DNA of 63,490 nt, the filler included, from Octopus bimaculoides (lineage: Eukaryota), in NCBI RefSeq assembly GCF_001194135.2. It is 5 parts of 5 records of this genome, joined end to end, with 100 filler letters (N's around TTAATTAATTAA, not from the genome) between each part and the next. Parts side by side here need not be neighbours in the genome. Positions count along the whole stretch, not along the records: positions 1 to 13,086 come from NC_068995.1; positions 13,187 to 42,131 come from NC_068988.1; 3 more parts are not named here. One strand, given 5' to 3'. The position numbers and the translations under genes were made by a program. Below, piece by piece: positions 12,387 through 28,590 of this stretch (the stretch's first letter is position 1; every line of letters starts with the position of its first letter). A model generated the notes under the pieces. That model had not been told where the DNA came from, ran no database searches, and was given only the letters and a program-made list of their open reading frames with translations.

Positions 12387-12580
12387 TGTGTGTGTGTGTG
12401 TGTGTCTTTGACTCTATGTTTGTTCCTCCTCCCCCATCGCCGCTTGACAACTGGTATTGGTCTGTTTACGTCCACTAAACTTGGGTTCTCGGGTCGATTT
12501 GGTCGACTAAGATGCCCTTCGAAGTAGTGCTTCAGCATGGCCGCAGTCAAATGTCTGAAGCAAGTAAAAGAATAAAAGAA
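12387..12580 (+). mobile_element. SINE family A 3' body with internal deletion
   Basis: (TG)n, then cccccatcgccgcttgacaac...gtcgatttggtcgactaa...cagcatggccgcagtcaaatg...gtaaaagaataaaagaa tail. Confidence 0.75.
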
Positions 12581-13053
12581 TATACACACGCACACATGCA
12601 TATATGTGCGTGTGCAAGCGTGTATATGTGTTTGTATGTGTGAGTGTACGTATGTGTATGTGTGTGCTTGTGTGTGCTTGTGTGTGTGTGTATGTATGTG
12701 TGTGTAAAAGGGTTAAATGATAGATAATACTACTATACAATTGTACATATTTCCATAGAATTATAATGGTGGAATGAAATAATGAGTGACATACACAGAT
12801 GTGCACGCAGAGAGACACGATACAATTTGCAGCTGTCTATGCACATGCGCATGCACTTCAAGTAGTTTGATGTTGTAAACAGTATTGTGTGGGGGAGAGA
12901 ATAGCGAGTCCTTCAAGTTGCAACAAAAATGCGGTCACCGGACATGGAAGTTAAAAGTAAATGTAGTTATGAGTTTACGAATGATGACAACGTCATTTCT
13001 CATTAGCTTAAAGACATGTAAGGTTTTAAAATACATATGTATATGTGTGTGTT

Positions 13054-13086
<33 letters not shown>

Positions 13087-13186
13087 NNNNNNNNNNNNNN
13101 NNNNNNNNNNNNNNNNNNNNNNNNNNNNNNTTAATTAATTAANNNNNNNNNNNNNNNNNNNNNNNNNNNNNNNNNNNNNNNNNNNN
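13087..13186. other. Assembly gap spacer (44 N + TTAATTAATTAA + 44 N)
   Basis: The same 100-nt construct occurs four times. The linker carries stops in all six frames. Confidence 0.9.
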
Positions 13187-13476
13187 ATATATATATATAT
13201 ATATATAAATAATATATATGTATATACTATATATATATATATTTATATATATGTATATATATTATATATATATACATACACACACATACAGCCCCCCACA
13301 TATATATATAGGCTGCAGAGGAAAATAGACACGCAAGCCGCATGATGTAAGGCAACTTGTGTAACTGTCAATTAGTTCGTATCAACATTTTTGTATACTT
13401 ATACAGACACGCCCACGCCCACTGACAAACGCGACTGTGTACATCTGAAGACAGGCATGCGCACACAGGCACAAAG

Positions 13477-13512
<36 letters not shown>

Positions 13513-13622
13513 GCACACCGACACCCCCCCTCATACACACATATATATATACGTTGGTGTATTACCATCCATCTATACATATGTCTCTCTATCTCACACA
13601 CACTCTCTCTCTATCTCTCTAC

Positions 13623-13657
<35 letters not shown>

Positions 13658-15315
13658 CCTAATTAATAAATAAAAGCACAATAAATTTACTTATTGTGCT
13701 TCTTGTCCTGGGGTTTGTTAACACTCTTCACAAAATAATGTAAGCAGGCGACAAGGTTAGTTTCCAGCAGGTTTGTTTCTAAGCTTAACTGTTGTTGATG
13801 CTATTTGAAATCTAATTGAAATCATATTTCAGCCCCGCGTACAAACACTTTTAATTAGATGTATTTATTTAGAAGTCAGCCTTTTAGAATAGAGATAGGG
13901 ATTTAGTATAGATATTGGGTTAGTTTGAGCTTTAAGGTTAATTTGAGCATTAAGGGTCCGAAAACGTATGTAAGCGGATGTATTCGCAGATCAGTAGATT
14001 TCAAGGAAGGCTAGCATGTTGAAAGTCAATTTTGTTACTATTCTAACAGCCATAAGGCAAATTCTTTTGTGTATAAGGTTATCTTATCTTATTCTTGCAC
14101 ACATTCGTTAGCTTTTTCTTGTAGTTCTATGTTCTGGCGCTCCTGCTAGATCACAGTGATCTCCGTTTAAATAGCGTGAGACCACTATGACGTCTCTGAT
14201 AACAACTAATGAGAAAGGCAGCTGCGAATGTTGTATGTATAGTATTTTCGTCTTCCTTTTCTGTCCGTTACATTTTCGCCCAGTTTCGTCTGTTTTTTCC
14301 CTTCTCTGTCTAAATTTTGAAGTATTCATTGAAGCGCAACGCACCCCTGCTTGTTTATATATATATATATATATATNNNNNNNNNNNNNNNNNNNNNNNN
14401 NNNNNNNNNNNNNNNNNNNNNNNNNNNNNNNNNNNNNNNNNNNNNNNNNNNNNNNNNNNNNNNNNNNNNNNNNNNNNNNNNNNNNNNNNNNNNNNNNNNN
14501 NNNNNNNNNNNNNNNNNNNNNNNNNNNNNNNNNNNNNNNNNNNNNNNNNNNNNNNNNNNNNNNNNNTATATATGTTATTATATGTGTGTGTGTATATATA
14601 AATATGTATATATGTGTGTGTGTGTGTGTGTGTGACCAAATATTTGCTACGTTTTTGGTCCCCCTGAGGTTACAGTTTTGGAATTGCTTTCTATTTTTTT
14701 GGGTCTCTCAATAATTATTTCTTATATTTTATATATATATATTTTTTTTTTTATTTTTATGTTTTTTACATAGTTATAGGGTTAATGTGGTTTTTGTATT
14801 TTCTGTTTCCTCCCCTCCAAACCTTTTTTCCGTACGCTTATAGACACGTACAAGGAACTTTATATGTGCGCGCTTGTTAATGTGCGTGGGGATACGCGCG
14901 TATGTAGATGTATGCGTGCGTACATTGAGATATGTGCGTACGTGTATGATATAGGCAGTTTTAGACGCGTTTTGTCACTACACAGTAATTTCCCTTTGTT
15001 TATTTTCCTTTGTTTTTAAGTTCCCTTTGTTTTTAACAGTCATTTTTCAAAGGAATTCTCAATGGCTGGATAACTGAAGAGATGTTGGCGTGGACCCCCC
15101 ACCCTGGCATCCGAAACTCGGAGTTTTATCATGGCTACTGAATAAGTGTTACACATTTGTACAGATAAATTGCTCTATTTGCATAATATCGAGGTCTCTT
15201 TCTTTTGTTGCCATTCCTGTCAAATATATATATATATATATATACATATANNNNNNNNNNNNNNNNNNNNNNNNNNNNNNNNNNNNNNNNNNNNNNNNNN
15301 NNNNNNNNNNNNNNN

Positions 15316-15346
<31 letters not shown>

Positions 15347-15477
15347 ATGTATGTATATGTACATATGTATCATGCATAAATTTATATGTATAATCTCACA
15401 AACAATTATCAAGAAGATCAAAGTTCAATAAAAGGCTCAATACATTTCCAATATGTAACACGTATTCATTAAAGTAG

Positions 15478-15591
15478 GTCTTAGCCTAATTGAATGATCT
15501 TAGCCTAATTAAATGGTCTTAGCCTAAATAGATATTCTTAGCCGAAATATATGTTCTTAGTCTAATTAATGTGTCTTAGCCTAATTAAATC
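15478..15591. repeat. 19-bp minisatellite x6 (consensus about GTCTTAGCCTAATTAAATG)
   Basis: Six consecutive units visible. Confidence 0.85.
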
Positions 15592-16574
15592 TGGCCCATT
15601 GTTTCAGCGTTTCATTATGTTATCTTCAAAAGCGTAATTAAATAGGACTATCAACGCTTTAAAACTGATTTGTGCGGATTGTATATAAGAACAAGAAAAC
15701 GACAAATAACACAAACAAAACAGGGTTAGAATTTTTTTTTTTTAATATATATAGTATAATGAATATACTAACATAAATATAAAAGAAAATTATATTTTAT
15801 TTCGGAATCCTAAAATAATATAATGGGTTCTGTGATCTTTACTTATCTATTTTCTGGTATTTAGAAATAAAGGGAAAAGTTATTCGGTGGAGGCGTAAAT
15901 AGCCCAACTCAAAATAATGGTATTAAGTATGATAAGAATCAAAATCCAGTTTGAAAATTTCTAATGGTTAGATAAGTTGAAAACCTGTAGCCACTAAAAT
16001 TCAATGCTGTTTACATAGTGTATTAAAAAATATTTCGAAAAAAATGCAATATATATTTTTAATATTAAAGACTAGACGTGAATCTTTAATTATTTAGTGA
16101 GGGATTTTACTATTTAATACAAACATTTATTTAATCGATCGGAAAATAACATTAAATGGATGCAATAAGTTCAATTTAAATATTCATCGTACACGTTTAT
16201 ACAGTTTAATAGAGATTTTATGCTACAAGTAAACCCAGTCATTCGTTATTTATAAATGTAACATTTATTTCAGCGATATTGGGATTTAGTACTTAAAAAT
16301 TCTATGTATATGATGCATATATTCAGACCGAAAACTTTCAAGTCAATATCTACAAAAGTTTACTAATCTACAAAAGACTCATACACTTTCCTCTTATATT
16401 TCATCCATCAACCGTAAAGAAAGTAACTAAACCATATACACCCCACTACCAGAACTCGCAACAGCAGGAAATTTATAGATTATTCGCTCAACAAAAAAAC
16501 GCGCTCATATAAAATAATAATATATATACATGTATACATGTACATCCCCTACTTAGACTATATCTTTTATTTGT

Positions 16575-16760
16575 CTTTAATCCTTAGACTGCGGACATGC
16601 TGGGGTACCGCGTTGGAGGATTTTGAATTGAATGAATCTACCACAGTTTATTATTATTTTTTAAAGTCTGGTAATTATTTTATTCGTTTCTTTTGTGGAA
16701 CCGATAAGTTACGGGTACGTAAATACACAAACACCTGTTGTGAAACGGTAGTGGGTAAGA
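16575..16760 (-). mobile_element. SINE family A 3' body
   Basis: gactgcggacatgctggggtaccgc...ccgataagttacgggtacgtaaatacac...aaacggtagtggg is the reverse complement of the tail. Confidence 0.7.
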
Positions 16761-16787
16761 AGCGCGCCACCAAGCGTGCACATACTC

Positions 16788-17160
16788 TCATAGGTGTGGT
16801 AAGAAAATTGCTTCCTAATGATATAGCTCCAGGTTCAGTCTCACTGCGTGGCAACTTAGCCGAGTGTCTTCTACTATAGCCTCGAGGGGACCAAAACATG
16901 AGTGGATTTGATAGACGGAAACTTAAAGAAGCCCGACGCATATATATATATATATATATCTGTGTGTGTCTTTGGATCTGTGTGCTGTGTCCTCCGTCAC
17001 CGCTATACAACCGGTGCTGGTGGGTTTAGGTCCCTGTAACATAACGTTCGGCAAAAGACCGAGAGAAAAACTACCATCCTTATAAAACAATATATCGTGG
17101 GATCGATGCATCCGACTAAAATTTATTCAAGGCAGTGCCTCAAGAAGGCCGCGGTCTACT
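16788..17160 (+). mobile_element. Near full-length SINE family A (tRNA head, internal (TA)n/(TG)n, tail)
   Basis: gtgtggtaagaaaattgcttcc...ggttcagtctcactgcgtggc...gtgtcttctactatagcc...gacggaaacttaaagaagcccg, then the microsatellite and tail motifs. Confidence 0.8.
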
Positions 17161-17221
17161 GATTGAACCCTGAAGCATACGCTTGGGAAGGAAGATTCTT
17201 ACCTCACAACCACACCTGCGC

Positions 17222-17243
17222 TTATATATATATATATATATAT

Positions 17244-17316
<73 letters not shown>
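17222..17316. repeat. (TA)n-(GATA)n microsatellite
   Basis: Directly visible. Confidence 0.95.
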
Positions 17317-17318
<2 letters not shown>

Positions 17319-17575
17319 CGAGGTCTGGCCAATAAGTACCCAGACTGTTGCCATAGTAACGGCGTTACAGCACGCAGAGTAAAGTCGCTTGGATAGGAAA
17401 CCAGATTTGATTCATGAGGATCATGCTCCTGCACTCATGCCCTTGGTTTTAATGGTTGTTATTCGTACCTGTGGATTTGAAGTAGTTGATCATCAGTTTA
17501 TTACGTTTTGAAGAATTGGACAAGTTGATCATATCGACCCATCATAGATGTTTATTTCCTCATCCTTAAATAAGC
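17317..17575 (+). mobile_element. Internally deleted mariner relic (5' TIR plus DDD fragment)
   Basis: TA-cgaggtctggccaataagtacccagactgttgccatagtaacg matches the TIR at 50161. The downstream HEDHAPA...RTCGFEVVDH resembles HxDNAPAH...GFEL. Confidence 0.7.
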
Positions 17576-17579
17576 GAAT

Positions 17580-17897
17580 TTTGAGCAGGATGGGCTACTC
17601 CACCAGAAGAAAACTCTAACTGGGCCTCATTTGCAAGGTCATGTTAAAACTGGTTCTGAAACATTAAGACTCTAAAAAGTTGCACTGTGTTGCCAAAAAA
17701 AAAAAAAAACACGAAAGTATAGCTCCGGGAAATACAACTAAACAAACCAGTACCCAAAGAAAATGTGTCCACAACAGAAAAAGCAAATAAAAACAAAACA
17801 GTCTACAATATATTGAGGAGAAATTGGAGACAAGGCAACTGCATGGTAAAAACCTGACAAGAATATGGGAGCCTGATGTAGATTAAGCCCTTAAACA
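17580..17897 (+). mobile_element. R4/Dong-type LINE internal fragment
   Basis: KLETRQLHGKNLTRIWEPDVD, homologous to KPLHSKY...ADVD in the next copy. Confidence 0.6.
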
Positions 17898-17944
17898 GAT
17901 GATGATGATGATGATGATGATGATAATAATAATAATAATAATAA

Positions 17945-17975
<31 letters not shown>

Positions 17976-18028
17976 AAGAAGAAGAAGAAGAAGAAGAAGA
18001 AGAAGAAGAAGAAGAAGAAGAAGAAGAA
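17898..18028. repeat. (GAT)n-(AAT)n-(GAA)n compound microsatellite
   Basis: Directly visible. Confidence 0.95.
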
Positions 18029-19450
18029 AGAGTTCGAGCAGTCCTGAAGACTGAGCTGAATGCATACAATAAGGTGTTAGCCATAAATTTCTTAGCATTC
18101 CCAGTTGTTCTTTATAGCTTCAACGTGCTTAACTGGAATACCATTGAAATAATGAAAATTGATAGAAAAATCCGCAAGCTACTGACTTGTAATAAGATGC
18201 ACCATCGAAAGGCAGACGTGGATCGTCTTTACCTTCCCAGAGCTCAGGGAGGTCGAGGCTTGATCCAGCTTGAACTTACGTACGAAACCAATCGGACTGG
18301 CCAAATACATTGAAACAACCAACGATTGGATGCTGAAACTTGTTGAAAAACATGAATGACCGAAAAAACTTCACTCTATTCTGAAAAAGAGCAAAAAAGT
18401 CACTACTGATCTCTTAGATACCTACCAGCTTGATCAGGTTGATGGAAATGCGCCAACTGTTGCTGCCAAGAAAATAAAATTAATTGCAAAGACAAAAGCA
18501 CATGAAAAATTAGCTAGCAGATGGGAACAGAAACCTCTGCATAGCAAGTATGTGGTTCGTAGCAAACAAGCTGATGTCGACCAGAAACACACGCATCAAT
18601 TATTACGAAGATCAGGGCTAAAAGCAGAGAGTGAAGGTTTCATATTAGCTGCTCAAGACCAAAGCTTATTAAAAAAAGGAGCTGACCTAAAATGCCGATT
18701 CTGTAACGATGCGATTGAAACTATAGACCATCTAATCTCATGGTGTAGAGTCTTAGCACCTGTAGAATATAAAGCAAGACTTGACAAAGTTGGCTAGTAT
18801 TTACACTGGACAATATGTCGGCATTATATAATCAAAACTGCTAACAAATGGTATAAACACCATGCTGAAGCTGTGACTGAGGGAGAAAAGGTATCGATTC
18901 TCTGGGACTTCTTCGTACACACCGACAAAACTATAAAAGCTAATAAACCGGATATTATTATAAAAGATCAGACAAAGAAGACATGTTTATTAATTGACAT
19001 GAGTATTCTTTGCGATCATAATATAGCGGCGAAAAAATTTGACAAGATCAGTAAATATAAAGACTTGCTAATAGAAATTGAAAAAATGTGGTACCTCAAG
19101 GCGACTACCGTTCCCGAGATTGTAGGATCTCTAGGAATGATAAAAAAGGGTACTGAAACCTATTTGAAAATGATTCCAGGTTTACCATCCCTACAGGAAG
19201 TGCAAAAAATCGTGTTAACTGGAACGACTTATGTACTGAGAAGAGCATTATCGCTGTGAAAACAACATCCATTCATGAATTTATTTATTTGTTGATTTTT
19301 TTAAAAATAGATATTTTACCTGTGAATTTGCGTGTGTAAACTGGGAATGCATACAATGAGCTTCTCTGCCTTAGGTGTACGGAAAACACTCGGCAAGAAA
19401 TGGAAGAAAATTTGAAGAAAGAAGGAAAAAAATAACAACAACAGCAACGA
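18029..19450 (+). mobile_element. 5'-truncated R4/Dong-type LINE (RT thumb, CCHC zinc finger, restriction-like endonuclease), frameshifted
   Basis: KADVDRLYLPRAQGGRGL; LKAESEGFILAAQDQSL; CRFCNDAIETIDHLISWC; ILWDF...NKPDIII...LIDMSI...KISKYKDL; AAT tail. Confidence 0.93.
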
Positions 19451-19456
19451 CATAAT

Positions 19457-19524
<68 letters not shown>

Positions 19525-19543
19525 TAATAATAATAATAATAAT

Positions 19544-21535
<1,992 letters not shown>

Positions 21536-22999
21536 GATGGGGATGATGTTGACCAGAAAATGAAGACGTCTATGGAAAATTAGAATGTTTGCTAATTAGG
21601 GAGATAATTAGCTAATTAGCTTCCCAAATGTATGGAATGTTTGATAATTATAGAAATGATAAAACGCTTCCGAAATAAGATATACAGAATAATTCACAAT
21701 TTTGAAACAAATATTATACATTAATAAATTACACGAATAATTTAAGTGTTATTTCTCCGGCAACAATTATATTCAGAAATTTCATGTTTTTATGTGATTC
21801 AGATTTAATTTCGTTTTTCTCCGTTTTTATCTTCAAGACACAAAATCAGAACATGAAATATCTTTACGTTATATCTTTATATCTAAATTTCTATTAGATA
21901 CAGTAAAGTGATATTTTGTTAAGATTATATACTTATATACTCATATATATANNNNNNNNNNNNNNNNNNNNNNNNNNNNNNNNNNNNNNNNNNNNNNNNN
22001 NNNNNNNNNNNNNNNNNNNNNNNNNNNNNNNNNNNNNNNNNNNNNNNNNNNNNNNATATATATATATATATATATATAACATATTGCCCAGAAGAATATC
22101 ATTCCAAAGTACTCTATGTGAAAAACGAAAGGTTAAGATATTTAAAGATTTTCCTTGAAGATATTTCAAAAATGACAAATGCACAAAAGACAATAACTAA
22201 TTAGATTTGAATTATTCTTGGAAGTTGTAGAAGCACCATTGTCAAGTTGTGTGTAAGATCTTAACATTTTGATTGGCCTTCTAGGCTGAATGAAGTATTC
22301 AAGTGCTGTCAGGAATTTTGACAACGAATAAGATTATAGAATAAATAGTTTAATGTCATTTATAGATTGATAATTCCTTTGACAATCGATAATTTACCTT
22401 CAATAGTATTTGTGGTTTACAGTCACATGTGAAATATATTTTGGCAGATTTCAAATTTGAGAAAATATGTGTAAGTGATGTACTGTAATAAACGTTTATA
22501 TAGTGTTGTGCAACATGTTTAGATAGACAGCTGTGTCGAATATATTATTACAGTAAATGAAAATATAGTCTACATGCTTTCACGAACATGGTTCAGTAAC
22601 TTGGTCATAGAATAATATTGCCACAATTTAAAATGCGTTTTCAAAACAATATAGCGTTACCCGTTTAAACAATGATATTTAGATTTTAAACATAGTAGGG
22701 ACAACACGAAATGACTACAGAGTATACAGAAATATAAGCTAAATGTACCCTACACGCACCATTATATATTTTATCTGTATACGTGTGTGTGTATGCGTAT
22801 GTGTGTGTGTCAGTGTGTGTACGTATGTATGCTTATATGTATGCATATATGCATATATGTATGCATATATTTATACATATATATATATACATATATATGC
22901 ATATATGTGTGCATACATATATATATACACTTATATATATATATACATTCATGTATATATATATGTATACACACATGCAAACATTTACGTATTCAGAGT

Positions 23000-23250
23000 C
23001 TTTCTGCAACGAATGATATAGGACATGTTCCCAACACTATGACGCCGGCAGCAATGTACATGTATTGAGTCCTGTTGTGACGTCTTTGTGGAGGCAGGCG
23101 CCGTCTGAAAGACTTTGGAATGAATCACTTAATATACTTGGCTCCATGAGAAGGTGAACACGACAATCGCTTATGCACTGGACAGAAGAAGACACAAAAT
23201 CCTTCTGTAGCAGGTTACAAAAGCACCGTCAATAGAATATAGGAGAAAAA
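23000..23250 (-). mobile_element. Possible Tc1/mariner DDD-domain fragment
   Basis: Frameshifted GAKYIK...VFQ-DGA.LH on the minus strand. The signal is weak. Confidence 0.3.
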
Positions 23251-23965
23251 TATTTAAAAAAACTGTCGTACGTAGCAGGAATATGAAACAGCTTAATGTT
23301 TTCAGTTTGTGCTGGGATCACAATTAAGGGATATAAAAAAATATTTTTGAGAAAGACTTTATATTGTGAGAACAAATGTTTGTTGTAACTTCAACATAGC
23401 TGTTCCGTACAAACCGACGTCACTACTATTTTTAAATCCTAGCTGATTTACGGTGGAATCTGCACCCGATATGCACCGAAATGCATCGAAAAACCAGATA
23501 TCTATCGAAGGTGTCAAGGTTCAGTATAGAAACACTCAATGATCTTTGAACAATACATAATAACATTAATTACTTCTGATAAAAGATAATTTCACCAACG
23601 ATGTATGAAGCAGAAGAATCCTTTACATGTAAAAAATTTCTTTTGTTTATATATATNNNNNNNNNNNNNNNNNNNNNNNNNNNNNNNNNNNNNNNNNNNN
23701 NNNNNNNNNNNNNNNNNNNNNNNNNNNNNNNNNNNNNNNNNNNNNNNNNNNNNNNNNNNNNNNNNNNNNNNNNNNNNNNNNNNNNNNNNNNNNNNNNNNN
23801 NNNNNNNNNNNNNNNNNNNNNNNNNNNNNNNNNNNNNNNNNNNNNNNNNNNNNNNNNNNNNNNNNNNNNNNNNNNNNNNNNNNNNNNNNNNNNNNNNNNN
23901 NNNNNNNNNNNNNNNNNNNNNNNNNNNNNNNNNNNNNNNNNNNNNNNNNNNNNNNNNNNNNNNNN

Positions 23966-24038
<73 letters not shown>

Positions 24039-25669
24039 ATGCACATGTCATATAAGGCATATGTATTGGTGGAAAATGGATGATGCCTTTAAACTTTAAA
24101 CAGGAAATCTAGAGACAGAAGCTGGTAGATATTAATACATAAATTATGAGATGCCTGGAAATTTGCTTATCTGTAACTATAAAGAACGCATAGCTGAACA
24201 CGAAGAAAGAGATAAAAGTTTTGTTCGATGTCTGAAAGAACAGAAATTTTAATATAAATTAAGAAAGAAATTTATATGAAGTGTATAGTGAGAAATATAT
24301 AGATATGAGTTTTTATGCTGGGACAGAACGTCAAATAATCCATATTCCGGAAAAGAGACAAAAATGATCTGCATGTTGAAAAATAGTCAAAAGCGAAGAG
24401 GAAAATGAGAGAGAGAGAGAACAATGAAAGGTAGGATTTAAAATTGGTAAAAGAGAAATGCATGCTAGAAGAGAGGTAAATATGAGTGCATGATGGAAAA
24501 ATGAATAAGAATAATGCATTTCGGGAAAGCGCTATAATTGAACTACATTCTGGGAAAGAGGGAAAATAAAGTGCATGTAGAAGAAGAGGTCAGCGTGAGC
24601 TACATGCTTGTAAATAGACAAATGCATGTTCCAACAGATTAAGATGAACAGATCACCGATGCTTAGATGATGTCGATACAAATGTTAATAACTTCGAACT
24701 GGAAAAAATAAAATTCATTGAATGATGGGTAAAAAGAGGCGGATGTAGGAACATCGTCTAAAACTAAACGGGAAATGCATGATGGGATGGATAAAGGAAG
24801 TGGTTGGGGGTAATATTGAAATAAAATCATTGTAAGTGTTAGTTTCTTCTGTTTCTTCACGTTGATTTATCGATATAAAGCTACTGGCATGAATAAATCG
24901 ATGCATAAGACATTTTTGGTTGTTTTTTTTTCCTCTTTCTCCAATGGATTCTCTTTTTAATTTTAGACATGTTTAAAGCTTTCAGACAGTTATTAGCTAC
25001 AACAACAAAAACAACAGCATTAACGAAAAAAAGATGACAGCAGTAACAACTGCAACACATGCCAGAATATCATTAAAAGCAACAACAACGTAACATAATA
25101 CAGCCACACCAAGAGTGCATTTAAGTAAAAACAATAGTAGTAATACCACCAACAACTTGCACTGCGAATTACTACAGCAATAACAACAATTATAACAACT
25201 GCCAATATCAAAACCGCAGTAGCAAAACCAACAGCAGCAGTTAACAGCAACAACAACAATAGTATCACGAAAATGTCTTCAACCACACGTGTCAAGATAG
25301 TAGCGTCATGAATGCGCAACATCGAGAACAGGAGTAACAGCACCAATAGTTGCAGCACTAACGCTTGTAAATAAATATGAGATAAATGAAATATATAAAT
25401 AAAACAAAGGTCTCCGTTAAAGATAAAAGCAGTGTGACCGGGATTATGATGGTGGTGATGGCGATGACATCCAACATGACTGCTACGAGGACCAAGAACA
25501 AACGGCCTCAAAAATAAGAACGTTATTGTTTTAAGAGAACACTGGCAAGAACGATCAGAGCATACTATTGGTTTTAAAATTTGGCGCAATGCCAGCAATT
25601 TCGAGTAAATGGGTAAATCGATTAATATCGACTTCAATGCTCAACTGGTTCTTATTTTACCGACTCCAA

Positions 25670-25990
25670 AATTATCAAAGGCAAAACCGACCGAGGTGGA
25701 ATTTGAACTCAGCACGTAAAGACAGACGGAATACCTCTGGGCATGTTGCTCGACCGTCTAAAGATTCTACCAATGCACCGCCTCACAAGAACATAGGATT
25801 GCTTTTAAATTTTGGCAAAGATTAGAGGGAAGGGAAGTCGATTACCTCGACTCCAGTAATCAATTGGTACTAATTTTATCGAACCCGAAAGGATAAATGG
25901 CAAAGTCGATTTTGGCGATTTTGGACCCTAAACGTGAACAAGGAAGAAATGCCGCTAAGCATTTTGTTCAACGTACCACAGGTTATGCCA
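25670..25990 (-). mobile_element. Two diverged SINE family B copies
   Basis: ggtggaatttgaactcagcacgtaaagacagacggaatac; gtcgattacctcgactccagt...ggtactaattttatcgaacccgaaaggat. Confidence 0.75.
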
Positions 25991-27469
25991 GCTTTCTTCC
26001 TTACATGAACATAATATTATAAAAATGATCCAAAATTATAATTCATCAACTGTTCAAGATAGTGTTTATTAGGGCGACACGCCACCAACCAGTAAATACC
26101 GGTACGATTACTAATTCCCTTTTATACCATATTTTTGTTTACATAATTCTTCAAGCACGTTTCGTACACTAAATATTATATGTACTATCAAATCAACATA
26201 ATGCATTTCCAATTTCTACTACATTCGCAACAGCATCTAAATCGCATACTACCTCGTATATAGCATTCCTGCACATTATACTTAAGTGCAACCAAATGTA
26301 TATGATTGTAATCTCTCGTAGTCCGAGGAAGACAGTTCTGTAATTTCTTCGCTTTTGACTATTTTTCAACATGCACTTCATTTTTATCTCTTTTCTGGAA
26401 TATGGATTATTTGACGTTCTGTCCCAGCATAAAAAAATCACATCGATATATTTCTCACTTCACATCTATTGTCACACACTCAACAATATACCACCGAAGA
26501 ATACTATAATTATCAGGCCATGACACAGATAGTATAGGACCGCTGCAATAAGTATGTGAACCTGAGAGGGAAACATGTCGACTAAAACCGTAATTAACTG
26601 ATCCTCTCGTATTTTCTTTTATCCAAAGCCAAAAAAGTTTCAGCATTCACTCGTACATTAGCACCAAGCCGATGCCACACATCAGTTCGGTTTAACCATA
26701 AAACCATGTTACCACCATCACCTCAAATATCACAACACCACACAGAAGCACTGCACCATACTACTACTTTATGAGTAACGACAACACTCTAAACCACAAC
26801 CAATACTGTTCTGGAAAAAAAATCGCAAGTCATATTTATATCGATCAAACAAATTCATTATGAATGTACTTTAATACCTTATAATGAGGGAGGTTCTTAG
26901 CGGGGAAGGAGGGATATGTGGTAGCGTTGATAATGATGGTAGTGGTGGTGGTGGTGGTGGTGGTGGAAGTGGTAATGCTCATCCCGATGGTAATAGCGGT
27001 AGTTATAGGGATGAGGTATGAGGGCTGTGTGGAGTGGTAATCTTACTTTGGGGTATGGTGGAAGCGTGGAGTGATGATGGATATATTGGCAGTGGTAGTT
27101 GTGGTGGTAGTTGTGGTGGTAGTAGTGGTGTTGTTATTGAGGAGTTCCAATGATGCTGGCAAGGGTGTTAATTGTGGATTTGTGTTAGTGTAAAGTAGTG
27201 ATAGTAGCAGGAATGGTGCTGGATGCATTCATAATAGTTTCTACTGGCGGCGGTGAGATGGAGATGATGAAACTTAGTATCGGAGAATGGAGAAGAGTAG
27301 AGCTGATGGCGGTGGGTGCATAGGTGTGAGTATTAGTAGTAGTAGTAGTAGTAGTAGTTGTAGTAATAGTAGAGGTGATGATGGTGGTGGTGTTGTTGGT
27401 GGTATTGTTTAGCCAACATAACTGGTGAGGAGCATAGGGCTGGTCTTCCGGTTTCTCTGGCATATGTAA

Positions 27470-27650
27470 TCCTCACTGGATAGAACACTAGTCCGTCGCA
27501 GGACTACTAATTGTCACCAACTGAGTGAACTGGAGCAACGTGAAATGAAGTGTTTTACTCTAGAACACGACGCATCGCCCCGTCCAGGAATCGAAACTCT
27601 TACGATCATGAATTCAACGCTCTAACCGCCAAGCTTTACGCATCCACGTT
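27470..27650 (-). mobile_element. SINE family C
   Basis: actgagtgaactggagcaacgtgaaatgaagtgttttactctagaacac...ggaatcgaa is the reverse complement of the head and central domain seen at 34885. Confidence 0.7.
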
Positions 27651-28535
27651 GGTGGTAGTATTGGTGGTAAATCACACGGATGTAGTATAGATATGTTACA
27701 GGTTAGGTTCGGGATAGTACATTCATTCTCTACAAGTTATTAGCCCATTGAGAAAAGTAGCCTGCAACATAGATGACAAAATACAAGCAAGACCTTTATT
27801 GATATAAATGAATGTTTATTGTGATATTTACAGCCGGGTACATATAGAATATACCAGACATCGTCACATATAATCTATTTCATATACATCTGAACTACAT
27901 TCAAAATATAACCCCAAAGCCAGTCACGTTGATCTCTTCATTTCATCTGTAATTTTAATAATGATTATTTACCGGATACATATTGCTATGTGACAGATGT
28001 AATTTTAATTAACAATAACCATAGTAATATGAGGTATATGGAAATAGATTTTGCTTTAGCATTTAGTAATTTTGTATCAAATTTTTATTGAAATAACTAA
28101 TTTTATTTATAGATTTAGTTTCAGACAGTGTTTAAATAGTTCGATTTGGTTTTTTTTTTTAATTTCACACATGAGTAGAAATGGTATAGACATCGCTTGA
28201 TGAATATAGAGTATATATTATTTATTAAGAGAAAATACATTCGTACATANNNNNNNNNNNNNNNNNNNNNNNNNNNNNNNNNNNNNNNNNNNNNNNNNNN
28301 NNNNNNNNNNNNNNNNNNNNNNNNNNNNNNNNNNNNNNNNNNNNNNNNNNNNNNNNNNNNNNNNNNNNNNNNNNNNNNNNNNNNNNNNNNNNNNNNNNNN
28401 NNNNNNNNNNNNNNNNNNNNNNNNNNNNNNNNNNNNNNNNNNNNNNNNNNNNNNNNNNNNNNNNNNNNNNNNNNNNNNNNNNNNNNNNNNNNNNNNNNNN
28501 NNNNNNNNNNNNNNNNNNNNNNNNNNNNNNNNNNN

Positions 28536-28590
<55 letters not shown>

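Noticed and set aside
12340-12390. GAAA-c-gatt-g-TA half-hammerhead, and CTGAAGA on the opposite strand
   Set aside because: No matching CUGANGA box or stem I on the same strand.
15478-15591. CRISPR array
   Set aside because: Eukaryotic context, 19-bp period, no true spacers and no cas genes.
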